Positions 23,314-36,200 of a DNA stretch of 64,000 nucleotides are shown here, one piece after another. Position numbers and translations under genes: made by a program. The notes beneath the pieces are model-generated. The model saw only the letters and a list, made by a program, of their open reading frames with translations. It had not been told where the DNA came from and made no database searches. The DNA is from Heptranchias perlo (lineage: Eukaryota), in assembly GCF_035084215.1 (NCBI RefSeq), contig NC_090356.1:23064001-23128000 (forward strand), given 5' to 3'. Positions within the stretch are counted from its first letter, which is position 1. Each line of letters begins with the position of its first letter.

Positions 23314-24514
23314 TGTATAAAACCTTTGGACAAGGTACTTTGACTATCTCACTGAACTATTAAGCACTGAACCAGATATTAGCAGTGATAAAAATACCTG
23401 CCCAGATGGAAGAGCTTGGTAATTTTACCACATATCCTGTTCAAAATGGCCCAATGATTATCCTTAAAAATAGATTTTAAAAATAGTAAATTAGTTTAAA
23501 ACATGCTAACAGGGTTAATATAGTTGTAACTTTTTTTGTTGAGACCGATTTGAAATTGTGAGTGATAATGTTTATTCTTTATTTTTTTTTATTCCAGTCC
23601 TCTCTCCTTTTTTCTCCCAATTTTTTTCTTGAAGACATTGATCCTTTGCGGGGATTCAGTTCCACAGGGTCTGGCTGTCCTCTAGTACATGGCCCAAGTG
23701 GCCATCCTTTAGATCTGAACCTAGACAGTGAGTGTCGGCTGACTTTTTGATTGTGGAGAATTCCTTGTTCTTCTGCGAATCGTGCCATAGGATCGTTTAC
23801 GTTCACAGGAACAGGTAGACAGGGCCTTAATTTAACATTCAAACCAAGAGATGACACCTCTGACAATACAACACCCCCTCAGTGCTGCAATGAACTGTCA
23901 GTCTACATTATGTGCTCAAGTCCTGGAGTGGGGTTTGAACCCACGACCTTCGGACTCAGAGGCACGAATGCTACAAATGGAACCAAAATGTTGTACAATG
24001 AAGAATTCTAAAATGAATAGCATGTGATCTGTTAGGAAACTCCGTCCAATCTTCTTCCTCTCTCCAAGGCTACGTCATGCTCAACTGTGGTAAAAATGAC
24101 TCTTATCTAAAGTACACAAGGAAATCAAATAAAAGTGCAGAAAGACCTCAGTGTTCTCAAAGAAAGAGAAAAATGTGGGATGGAAAGTAACAGGAGACAT
24201 CTGTGTCAGAGTAATTTAACCCAAAACAAGTAACACCAGTGCCAATTAGTTCCATTTATCAGAATAAAATAAATTGGATTGAGAAAAGGGTATTGCCAAT
24301 CATAAAGATGTTAATACTGTAAATCTATTTGATTCACATTGGGTTTGGAAAAGATCATGGTGATATTGGTAGATGAGAGGATTCCATGACTGAATTATCC
24401 ATGCATGGGCTGTGGAATGAATGAGCTTGATGGGTTGAATGGCTTTTCTCATACTCATCTTATGTTAAACTTGCAATTCACAAGTTTGAAATCTAAAACT
24501 AGAAGGTAAATAAT

Positions 24515-25277
24515 GGGCCAGATTTTGACAGAGCAGGGCATCTCACGATGTGCCCTGTTAGTTAGACTTACAATTACACATTTAGGTTATAAATCTTTGC
24601 CCATAAAGTTGCTGGAAGTGCCAGCTGATAACGGTGTGGCGAGGGAGATAGGGCATCCGGGACCTTGGTGAACAATGGGACAAATGGTTTATCTCTTTAA
24701 CCGATGAGATTTAAGGATTGAGAAATAAACAGAGGAAGGACTGAGAAGAAGGGTAAATTAGAGTGGGTGAATTCAATGTCAAATCGGGTACAGAAAGAAA
24801 AATAAAGATTGGATTAAGAAAGGGAGAAAAAAGAGACAGAAAGGAAAAGTAAGAAAAAAAAAGTAAAAATTTAAAACTTGACATTTTTAAAATCTCCTAA
24901 AACAATTCAAAACCTGAAGGAATGAGGCTCCACACGTAGAATTGTTTACTTTCTAGGCAAGAGAGATTGATTGGCAGTCATTAATAATTATTATGTCATT
25001 AAAAGGGTACTTATGCTGTTAATTACTAACTTTCTGTGGTGAATTTAATGGGCAATTAACGTGCAAATCCAGCAACGTCTTGAAAATCACGGGAAGGTTA
25101 AGTGCGAGATGTCGTTTCCGCAAAGCTAATGGCAGAGCGGCGTAAATTGGCAAGTAACTTGTAACAATTCACAACTCACGGGGTATCTCTTTCTTGCTAC
25201 AAGTTGCTGGATGATTTACACATTAATAATGGCGTGCGTCGTTCAGACACCGTTATTTTTTCAGCAAAATCTGGCAA
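24515..25277. mobile_element. Non-autonomous PIF/Harbinger-like DNA transposon
   Basis: GGGCCAGATTTTG ... CAAAATCTGGCAA ends, AAT TSD; second copy at 9226. Confidence 0.75.
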
Positions 25278-25429
25278 AATATATCATCACCTAAAGTCCT
25301 GAAATGAAAACATTGGGGCCTAGAAATTTGGCAGCACAGCGCCTGTTTTGTGGGTGCTAACCAGTCTAATATGCCCTATATGCCCATCTGCACCCCTGCC
25401 TCAATACATTGGCTGCTGAAACACTTTTT

Positions 25430-25998
25430 TACCTCCATGCTTGACTATATACTTTCTTGGCCGGCCTCCCACCTCCCACCTTTCATAAACTTCAGCTCAT
25501 CCAAAAGTCTGCTGCCCATATCCTAACTCACACCAAGTCCCATTCATCCATCACCCCTGTGGTCACTAACCTACATTGGCTCCCGATCTGGCAACGCCTC
25601 ATATTTAAAATTCTCATCCTTGTTTTCAAATCACTCCATGGCCTCGCCTCTCACTATCTCTGTAAACTCCTCCAGCCCTACAAACCTCCGAGATTGCTGC
25701 GGCCCTCCAATTCTGGCCTCGTGCATCCCCGATTTCCATCGTTCCATCACTGGCGGCCATAGCTTCAGCTGCCTAGGCCCTAAGCATTGGAGTTCCCTCT
25801 CTAAACCTTTCCTCCTTTCTACCTCTCTCTCCTCCTTTAAGGCACTCCTTAAAACCTACCTTTGACCAAGCTTTTGGTCACCTGTCCTAATATCTCTTTA
25901 TGTTGCTTGGGGTCAAGTTTTATTTGATAACGCTCCTGTGAAGCGCCTTGGGATGTTTTACTATGTTAAAGGTGTTATATAAACGTAAGTTGTTGTTA
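25430..25998 (+). mobile_element. L2 LINE 3' fragment
   Basis: KLQLIQKSAAHILT...ITPVVTNLHWLPI...[15 protein letters not shown] motif and (TTG)n tail. Confidence 0.88.
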
Positions 25999-26049
25999 TA
26001 AAACAGCATATCCTCCAACTCATTATGAGCAATGCCACAGGAGATCTTC

Positions 26050-26620
26050 TAGTAGAGGCTTGTTGGACATTCTAAAGGATTATATAAATAAGCATTTAAA
26101 GATCACAGGGAATGTAGGGCGTACTCAGCAAGGTTTTAGAAGGAATAGGTCGTACCTTACAAACCTATTGGAATTCTTTGAGGAGGCAACAAGGCGACTG
26201 GATGGATGTAATTCGTTAGATGTAGTTGTGACATTTGTTACTATTTTCAGCGAGTAACAAACTTGAAAAGCTTCAAAACATGCAGTTTGTATTTTATCAG
26301 CCTGCAGCTGTCAATCATAAACATTTTCAGGTCAAGGAACTTTATATACTTAACTACAGATACAAAATGACACATATTAATACAGTAGTTTACTTGGATT
26401 TTCAAGAGACGTTTGGCAAAGTTCCTCCTGTGACTATTAGGGAAGGTTAAAGCTCATGGAATAGATAACAAGTTGTCTAGATGGATTGAGAACTGGCTAT
26501 ACGTGGAAATGCTCTGCTTGCTGTGAGGGGGAATCTGTTGTTCACAATAATTGTGAATGTTGTGGAACAGGGTGTCTGCACTAATATCATTCATTTGGCG
26601 ATGATACAAATTTAGGTGAA
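26050..26620 (+). mobile_element. Degenerate CR1 RT fragment
   Basis: [19 protein letters not shown] and VVYLDFQETFGKVP. Confidence 0.8.
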
Positions 26621-28365
26621 AAGGTTGGACCTGAAATTCCATGGACCCTCTAAGGTGGCAGGGGGCTTCCGCTCGGTGTATCGTCCAGACTTTGCCCGTG
26701 TCCCAAATCCCAGGGGCTGGGTCATTCTTAATACTCAGGGCGGGCAGTCTGTACCAGTAGAGGCCCATCAGAGATGCCTGCCCGGCTTGACCAGCAGAGA
26801 ATCGGAGTCGCTCTGATGAGGGGAGCCCGAGGCCCCAATCAGGCCGCGAATTTAAAGATTCTAATGGGTTGACATTTCCCGCAGGTAAGGAAGGGTCAGC
26901 ATTCTGGGATCATTACCTCTACTCGTTTAATTCTTCGGAAGGCTCAGAACGGAACCCGCGCTTGCTCTCAGCAGGCGTAGGATCTGCTGGACGTAGAATG
27001 GCCTAACTTGGCAGAACTACCAGGGAAGAGTCCCCCAACTGCTGCTGGGACGTGGGAGATGGTGGGTGGAAGACACCCCCCCGCCCCCCACCACCACAAT
27101 TAGGATTTCCGGAGCAGGACAGATAGGACGGAAACCCAGCAGTTCTGGGTTCTGCTCCAAATTCTAGCTCCATTCCCCCTTCCCCTGCCATGGGAGAAAT
27201 GCCCAATTTACTTTGATTATCTGCACCCCCATTATCTGCACTCTTGATTTTCCGCAAGAATCTTTATGGGAGCTGTGACCTAATTTAGGGCAGACCAGTG
27301 AAAATTCAATACAATGATCGAGCTGATTGTTCAGAGGCTTTGGATCCAGGAGAAGAATATAATTGTTATCTAGAAGTCCATGCAGCTCTGATATTTAGCC
27401 TCAGGCTAGGATACTAGTGCCAACTTCGGATGTGGGAGCCCAGTGAGAGTCAGAGTTTCTAGAGCAGGGGACCAATGGGACTCAGGACTTCAGGTGTGGG
27501 AGACAATGGGAGTTACAGCTTTGGGTCCAGGATACCAATAGGTGTCGCGGCTTTGGGTGTAGGAGACCAGCGAGTCAGATTGGCTGTCTGTTTTTCAAGA
27601 ATGGAAAATGTGAGTCTTATCGGCACTTAATGAAGTAATTTAAATAAACCAAATCAGAATCTTAAGTCTCACGGGAGTCGGTAATATGATGGTGGGCCCC
27701 TGCCCCCTATATTATTGGTGGAGGCCTCAGTCCAACACGGTCTCAACAGTACCCAGCATGCCCCAATGCGGCCAGCCAGCAACTGTAGCATTGGGAGCCT
27801 GCATACAATTTGTGTGCAAGTTGCATGAAGGCCCAACATTTTCATTCCATAGTGGGGGTCTCACCAGTATATGACTGGATAGTCTGGAATGCTGAAGGGG
27901 AGTCTGTTTTGAACAATTGGAATCTTTCCCCTGCCAGTAGCCCTGATGCCTGATACTCAGGCCCCCGCCTCTCAGCACTCCCGATGCAGCACGAATGACA
28001 TGCCGGAGGGCATCAGAAAAATATTTCAATGAGCTGATTTTGCATCTGTGGGAGAGAAGGGTCTCCCAAAGCTCTCCATCACTGGGGTGTTCCTTGCGTA
28101 ATGTCTGGGTCTGTTGGACACTAATTGATTGCAATGATCACTCAACAACTCCATTATCATCATATCATGCGATTAGCAGGATAGTGGAAGACAAACTAAA
28201 TGGACCTTGGTTTTTTTTGTCTAGCAATTCCTATGTTCTGGAGTTGGGGGCCAAGTCATAAGTTGGAGCAGAGGGGAGGGAGTGCTTGATGCTGATGAAA
28301 GTGGGAAGAAGTATTCCCTTGCCCAACACTGGCACCCTTCACCTCAAGCACAAAACTCACAGCGT

Positions 28366-29250
28366 ACGGTTCCATTCACAACCCCTCAGATATTGAAGCA
28401 GTCCGTGCCCGCGTGCAGCAAGACATGGACAACATCCAGGCTTGGCCTGATAAGTGGCAAGTAACATTCGTGCCAAACAAGTGCCAGGCAATGACCATTT
28501 CCAACAAGAGAGAGTCTAACCAACTCCCCTTAACATTCAACGGCGTTACTATCGCCGAATTCCCCACCATCAACATCCTGGGGGTCACCATTGACCAGAA
28601 ACTTAACTGGACCAGCTACATAAATGCTGTGGCTACAAAAGCAGGTCAGAGGCTGGGTATTCTGCGGCGAGTGACTCACCTCCTGACTCCCCAAAGCCTT
28701 TCCACCATCTACAAGGCACAAGTCAGGAGTGTGATGGAATACTCTCCACTTGCCTGGATGAGTGCAGCTCCAACAACAGTCAAGAAGCTCGACACCATCC
28801 AGGACAAAGCAGCCCGCTTGATTGGCACCCCATCCACCGCCCTAAACATTCACTCCCTCCACCATTGGCACACCGTGGCTACAGTGTGTACTATCTACAG
28901 GATGCACTGCAGCAACTCGCCAAGGCTTCTTCGACAGCACCTCCGAAACCCGCGACCTCTACCACCTAGAAGGACAAGGGCAGCAGGCACATGGGAACAA
29001 CACCACCTGCACGTTCCCCTCCAAGTCACACACCATCCCGACTTGGAAATATATCGCTGTTCCTTCATCGTCACTGGGTCAAAATCCTGGAACTCCCTAC
29101 CTAACAGCACTGTGGGAGAACCTTCACCACGCGGACTGCAGCGGTTCAAGAAGGCGGCTCACCACCACCTTCTCAAGGGCAATTAGAGATGGGCAATAAA
29201 TGCTGGCCTTGCCAGCGATGCCCATATCCCATGATCGAATAATAAAAAAA
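28366..29250 (+). mobile_element. 5'-truncated copy of the LINE family at 36650-39047
   Basis: ORF 28413-29186 is an RT C-terminus; poly-A tail. Confidence 0.92.
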
Positions 29251-30181
29251 TTCACTCAAAAACATTTTTAAAAAAAATAAAAATGCAAATTAAGCAGAGG
29301 ATCTTTAAGCTGTTGACCTTTGTAACATCGTTAGTGATTTGTCAGTAAGTTTTTTATGCTTATCAAAATGAGGGATGCTGATGATGGCAAATGGATCATT
29401 TTCCATTCCTTGCCCAGTATGAGGCTCTCACATATTTTGGTTATATTACTGGGTTGCAATGTGTTCAGGGTTAAAATAGGTTTCTTTAAATGAATGTCAG
29501 TGTATTCATTTTAAACTGCTCACTTGGTTATTGTTTCCTAAATATTTTTGAATACTTTGCTAACATTTTAAGTTTCTTTTGTAGAGATACATCCATTTCT
29601 CAGAAGTTGATTCCTCACAATTCTCTGCTGCTGGTCCCTTGCTTGTAGTTTCTTTACAATTTTTTACAACTATGTTTCTCAGAGCCGAAGACTATAGCAC
29701 TCATTATCTCCATCAATTTTCTCAAGCAACAGACTTGTAAACCCCAAACTTGACGTCATTTACCACTTCAACCTCCACTTCCCGAGTAATTGTCATTCAT
29801 GTCATTGCTGTTTGGGAGCTCTTATTGTGCACAAAATGTGCCCATGCCCACATAATAATCATTGTACTTCAGAACAGCACCTTGTAAGTGAAGCACCATG
29901 AGTCAGTTCTGAGAAGTGTGAAGCAGTGTCATTCAAGAGCTCTTTCTCTTTTCATTCCTTTCTCTCTTTCTTGCTTTCTTCAACCTTGAGGTTATCAGGC
30001 ACTGTGGGCCTTGAGCCCTTCAACTATGTATCTCAATCAGAAAAATAGTTACAAAGCCTTAAAGCTGAGTTTAGAACATCCCAAAGCAACATCTCCAGGT
30101 TAATGGAGACTGAAAATTCACCAGAATTTACAGCAGTGACTCAGAAAAACAACAGACAACATGTTTCGCTTCATGATTTAG

Positions 30182-30187
30182 TTTATT
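30182..30187 (-). terminator. Polyadenylation signal of elastase gene B
   Basis: AATAAA about 46 nt downstream of TAA, in the same position as in gene A. Confidence 0.75.
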
Positions 30188-30233
30188 GCTCATTATGGGT
30201 CAACAGTTTGTTGAAAGTCATTCTTTCCTTCCG

Positions 30234-30251
30234 TTAGTTGTTGGCCATGGT
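30234..30251 (-). CDS. Elastase B exon 8 (TMANN*)
   Basis: ttccag acceptor; poly(A) signal downstream. Confidence 0.87.
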   Translation of the reverse strand, partial: TMANN

Positions 30252-33200
30252 CTGGAAGAAAGTAGTTAAAGAGTAGTTACAACACTTGCCTCTCAGATGA
30301 ATGCATAAGTATGTATGTCTGGGTCTTGAAGATGAGACTTCCTTATGTGTAACTGTTCTATAATATATGAAATACCCAACCTCTCTTGGTTCTCTGTATT
30401 TTGTTAGTGGTACCGCTATTACTGGCATGCTGCAATGCTCACCTTTGGGGATGGTGCCATGGGCTGGCATGGAGGACCACCATCCTTGTGACCATCTTAT
30501 GCGGCACCACCTCCGCTTCAGCAGCCATCGAATGCTTGCCCGAACCTTGTATTTCCATTCCTTTCATTTTTGCCCGTCTCCTCTTATTCCCCTATCCCTT
30601 CAACCTTGGCGATAGCTGATAATGGGTTGAGATGCCTTTTTTTGGCTCTCCAATGGCTTTCAGAACTTTTACACTCCCTTTTAATTGTCCCCGTCCCTAT
30701 AAGCTTCACTTAAAAGCAATTTTTGGCTCCTACCACAAGTCTGCTCCGTACACCCATCCGAATCTGCACCTGGTACTTTGCCAATCAGCTGATCTTGGCG
30801 AACTGGGTGCACACAACACAATTTGATTTTGGTGTGTCCAATACCCATCAATAGCCCTTTTGGTAAATTACACCAAAAGTCGAAAGTCCAGGCTGTCTTT
30901 TGCCAGTGTGAAGTGATTTTCATGCAACACTATTACAAGATGAACAATGTAAATGTGCAAAGTCACGTTAATATTGCATCTGTTTTTTAAGGATATGCGA
31001 TTACCTGGAGCAGCTGATCTCACACTGCTGCACACTGGATGCAGCATGATTGACAGAATACTAACGGGATAGTCAGCTCTTTTCGAACTATAAAAACCCA
31101 GAGTCAGCGGATGTTGAGCAATGCTCTGGCCGTTCATTTAAATGTATAAGTACATATCATTGCTTTCCCTGACTTACACGGTAGGTGTGGACAATATAAT
31201 TCCTTACTGACTGGTAGCAGTGCTAGCAGTTTGACCGTGCCATTAAAGAAGACCTCATCTTCGTTTGGGCTTTTGCAGGTATGAAAACATTTAAATCCAT
31301 GTTTTCCAATTGCTTATCTAAATCATCTCTTAATTGTTCTCAGTAGAACATTGAGGTAATGATTGCAAGATTGTATTAACAATTACTCATGGTGAGGCTC
31401 CATTGATAGCACAGACTCACTGATGGCAGGTCGGAGAATTGGGGCTACAGTGCTTCAACCCTATCTCGACCCATCTAGTGAGGCTCTGTGCTGGTAGCAA
31501 AGCTTTGCAAAATTACCACGATAAACAAAAGTGGATATCTTGTAGGCTCCCTTGTCTACTACTTGATCTTATGTCCATTACATTTCAAGCCGTAAAGGGG
31601 GCAAGTGGGATTCTGTGCTGAATGTATAAGGCATTGAACACAAAAGTAAGATTTGATGAAAAATATGTACAAGATCATTGGTTAGGCCACAATTGTAAGT
31701 GCTGTGTGCAATTTTAGGCACCCAATTATAGAAAAGGGTCTAGACAGAGTAGAGATAAACTGTTCCCATTGGCGGAAGAGTCAAGAACCAGAGGACACAG
31801 ATTTAAGATGATTGGCAAAAGAACCAAAGGCGACATGAGGAAAAACTTTTTTTACGGAGCGAGTGGTTATGATCTGGAATGAAAGGGGGTGGTGGAGTCT
31901 TTTGTGGCTTTCAAAAGGGAATTGGATAAGTACATGAAGGGAAAAAATTTGCAGGGTTACGGGGAAAGGGCGGAGGAGTGGGACTAGCTGGAATGCTCTT
32001 GCAGAGAGCCGGCACGGGCTTAACGGGCTGAATGGCCTCCTTCTGTGCTGTAACCATTCTATGATTCTAGGGTCGTGGAGCCAAGGAAAAGGAACTTAAG
32101 ATGATATCAGGGATCAGGGGATATAGTTATGATGAGAGTCTTGAAAAACTAGGGCTGTATTCTCTAGAGCAGGGAAAGTTAAAGGGTGATCTAACAGAAG
32201 CATTTAGAATTATGAAAGGGTTTGAGGTGATAAGCAGTGAAAGATTATTTCCACTGGTGGCAAATTGGTAACAAGTGGCATAAATATAGAATTAATAGTA
32301 GAAACATAAAAGGGAGTTTCAAAAGAACTTTGTTCATCAGGAGAATTTTTAGGACATGAAATGCATTACGAGTGGCTATTGAAGAGGGAATTAGGTAAAT
32401 AATTGTAAATGAAAACTATTAAAGGGCAAAGGAAATGGGATTAGAGTAGATCGGTCCAGTGGGGAGATAATACTAGCACAGGCACAGGCTGAGCGGCCTC
32501 CTACTGTGCTGAAATTTCTTTGATTCTATGATTTTGAGTTCTGCAATAATAAGAGAGAAGTATTTATATTCCTTCCTACTTGGAAATGATACTTACCTGA
32601 GCAATCCAGGCATTGAAGGCAGACACCCGAGTCCAGACAGTGGGTTTCTTTATGGTATTGCATCCCCTAGATGACACAAAGCTGGTCACACCATGGACGT
32701 ACCATAATCCGTTAGAATCTTTGCAGTTCAAAGGTCCACCAGAGTCTCCCTGCAAAAAACGAAACAAAATGTTGCAAGAAGTTTTGCTGAGTTTCTTTTT
32801 TTAATTCCCTCCTTTCCTGAAGGTGACAACTCACATTAGGGCATGGCTCCACGAGGGCTGGACGATCTCCAAAATACCTTGCTGAAATGAGCATTCTCCA
32901 TGTGTGTGCAGAGACAGTGAACGTTGGAAGGCTATTGTTCCATGAATGATTGTGTCAAAAATGAAGCATTTTTGCTTAAGATTTAACATGGTATCCACCT
33001 CTTTAGTTGTGTAACAGCACATATGGGGTTAAAAATCCACTTCACTCGCAGAAATCATGTCCCACCTTAACTTGATGCAACTGTTGCAGATTTTAGTTGG
33101 ATTGTCTTTGTCTGGTGTCTGAAAAAGGGGCCAAAGTTTTCAATTCAACTACAAACATCTTGTGGGATTTGTTTCAATATGTGCTTGATTGGCAGCTTTA

Positions 33201-36200
33201 AAACATTTTTTTGCAGCGGTTATTTAAATTTGTTTGGTCCCAGTTCCTTTTTAAAGCTATTTATCAATATGTCTTGTTGAAATCAGAGAGTCTGTCTGAA
33301 TCCTTCAAATAGTTGGGCCAGACGGTGAGAAATAAAAAGGAACCATTTCTTATAGTTTAGTGTAGATAAAATAATTGTAAATTATTTACTATTCTGTACT
33401 ACACAGGAGCTAGCTAAGATTTATGACAACTGTGAAATAATATTGTGTTACTTCTATTGCTCACCTCTTCTTCTATTTTTTAATAGATTTGTTTGTCACT
33501 TAAAGCCTGAATCAAAGTCTAGTGCAATGTTATTCTGTTGCCTTCTGAATACAAGAAGGATCACATCGGATCAGGTGATAAAATCAGTAGCTGAAATACA
33601 CTGAAGAGGCTTCTCTGTTCATTCCCTGAGCATTCTAAGAATCTACCTAGATATCTGGTCAAGTGAAAACACTCCCTCTGGGACAGAAGGAGCTAGGGCT
33701 CACCTACAAGAGTAGTCTGAAACACGGAAGACAAAAGTACCTCGTGCAAAGAAATCCCCCCAAATGTGAGAGGATATCATGGTTTGCCTGATGTCAACAC
33801 ACAGTGGACTCACCACATAACGATCAGAAGTGAAAAGCCCTGGTTCATTGATCTCCTCCCCAGTCTAGATCAGCCAACTGAACCCAAACCGTGGGATCGA
33901 AGCTGGGGCCTCCTTGGTCTGGTTGGCTCTGTACCATACCACACAACGGGGTTGAAATTCTTCATCAGTTCCACCAGAATCCTGACGTAACTCCGGCGGG
34001 AGTCCGGTGGAACCACTCGGAAAGGTGCTGGGAGCTGAATATGCCAGGTTGGTCAGCCTTGGGGGTGGGATCTGCCTATTGCTGGGAATTCCAATTTCCC
34101 AAGCCCATAAGGGACCTGGCGAAAGGCTGGAGGCCAGTACGCCCAATGAGGTGAGATGTACCGGCCTCCAGAAGGGCGTAAGTGGGCCCCACTGGGTGAG
34201 AGGGTGGTCTCAACTCCCAAATATGGGTAATAACTTTTAAAAAATTTTCCCATTTACACAGTGGGGGGGGGGGGGGGGCGGGAGTCAAGGGGGCAACTGC
34301 ATGGGCTCTTGGGAGGGGATGGACCTGGGTACCACCCACCCTCATGGCAGCCAGGTGCCACAGTTTCCAGCAGCATAGAGTTGGCGAACACCCAAAATGT
34401 ACCCACAGTGGCACGGGCTCCATGCGAATAAAATGCCCTCCAACTGACCCTTCAAACTCTAGTGGGGTCACCGCTGAAAGTAATTGCTGGGATAGCGGCC
34501 CACAATTTTCTCACTGGGGCATCAGGGGAGCCTCTTGACACTTTCTCATCACATGCTATTAGGTTGTGGGTTGGTGCCTGCTGTCCACAATCAACCAAAC
34601 GGTAGAAACTTTCTCATCTCTCAACTCAATCAGCACACATAAATACCTAGAATTATTACGTACATTACATCCGGCCTTTTCAGCACCTCCAGCGCAAACC
34701 ATGGTAGTTTTCACAGTGCTGCCCCACCAGTCACGTTGGCTGCAGTGCTGATAGTCAACAATTGGGACAAGAGCTTGCTGTAGTTTTCCTGGAAGTGGCC
34801 CATTAGCTGTAAAGATCCAGATAAAAGGTTTTCAGTCTGTATGATAAACAGTCAAATATATCCAAAAACAAGAATATATATGCAGCTGTAAAAGTTGGAT
34901 TAAAAATAATACCCTGTGCTAAACTGGCCTGATGTCACTGTGTATTGATGTGGCAATGGTTTGATTCCCATAGTTCCCCTTCCCCCACTAACAACAACAA
35001 CTTGCATTTATATAGCGCCTTTAATGTGGAGTGTTATCAAGCAAAATTTGACACCAAACCACATAAGGAAATATTAGGACAGGTGAGCAAAAGATTGGTC
35101 AAAGAGGTAGGTTTTAAAGAGCGTCTTAAAGGAGGAGAGAGAGGTAGCGAGGCAGAGAGGTTTAGAGAGGGAATTCCGGAGCTTAAGGCCGAGGCAACTG
35201 AAGGCACGTCTGCCAATGGTGGAACGATGAAAATCAGGGATGTGCAGGAGGCGAGAATTGGAAGACCACAGAGATCACGGAGGGTTGTAGGGCTGGAGGA
35301 GGTTACAGAGATAGGGAGGGGCGAGGCCATGGAGGGATTTGAAAACAAGGATGAGAATTTTAAAATCGAGGCATTGCCCAGGGGTAACTGGTTTAGATGT
35401 TTTCTCATAGGGGAAAGGGAATACTGAGGAATGACTGAACACTGCCTTCAACACATGGCTTTACAGCTAAACACAGAGTGGCATTGGAAGAGACATGGAA
35501 ACAGGCTGTCTCTCTACCTAACCTCATCCGTGCCTTTGTCACCTCCATATCCGACTATTCCAATGCTCTTCTGGCCAGTCTCTCATCTTCAAACCCACCC
35601 TGTAAACTTCAGCTCATCCAAAACTCTGCTGCCCACGCCAAGTCCCACTCACCCATCACCCCTTTGCTCCCTCACTTACATTGGTTCCCTGTCCCCCAAC
35701 ACCTCCAGTTTAAAATTGTCATCCTCGTGTTTAAATTCCTTCATGGCCTCGCTTCTCCTATCGCTGTAACCTTCACCAGCCTACAACTACCGCCCCCCCT
35801 TCCCCATAGTATCCATTCTTCTGATTATGGCCTTTCGTGCAACCTCCCCTCCCTTTGCCCCACCATTGGCAGCCCTGTCTTCAGCCGCCTGGGCCCCATG
35901 CTCTGGAATTGCCTCTCTAAACCCCTCTGCCTCTCCTCCTTTAAGACCCTTCTTCAACAGCACCTCCCAAATCTGTGACCTCTACCACCTAGAAGAACAA
36001 GGGCAGCAGGCACATGGGAACAACACCACCTGCACATTCCCCTCCAAGTCACACACCATCCCGACTTGGAAATATATCGTCGCTGGGTCAAAACCCTGGA
36101 ACTCCCTCCCCAACGGCACTGTGGGAGAACCTTCACCACACGGACTGCAGCAGTTCAAGAAGGCGGCTCACCACCACCTTCTCAAGGGCAATTAGGGATG

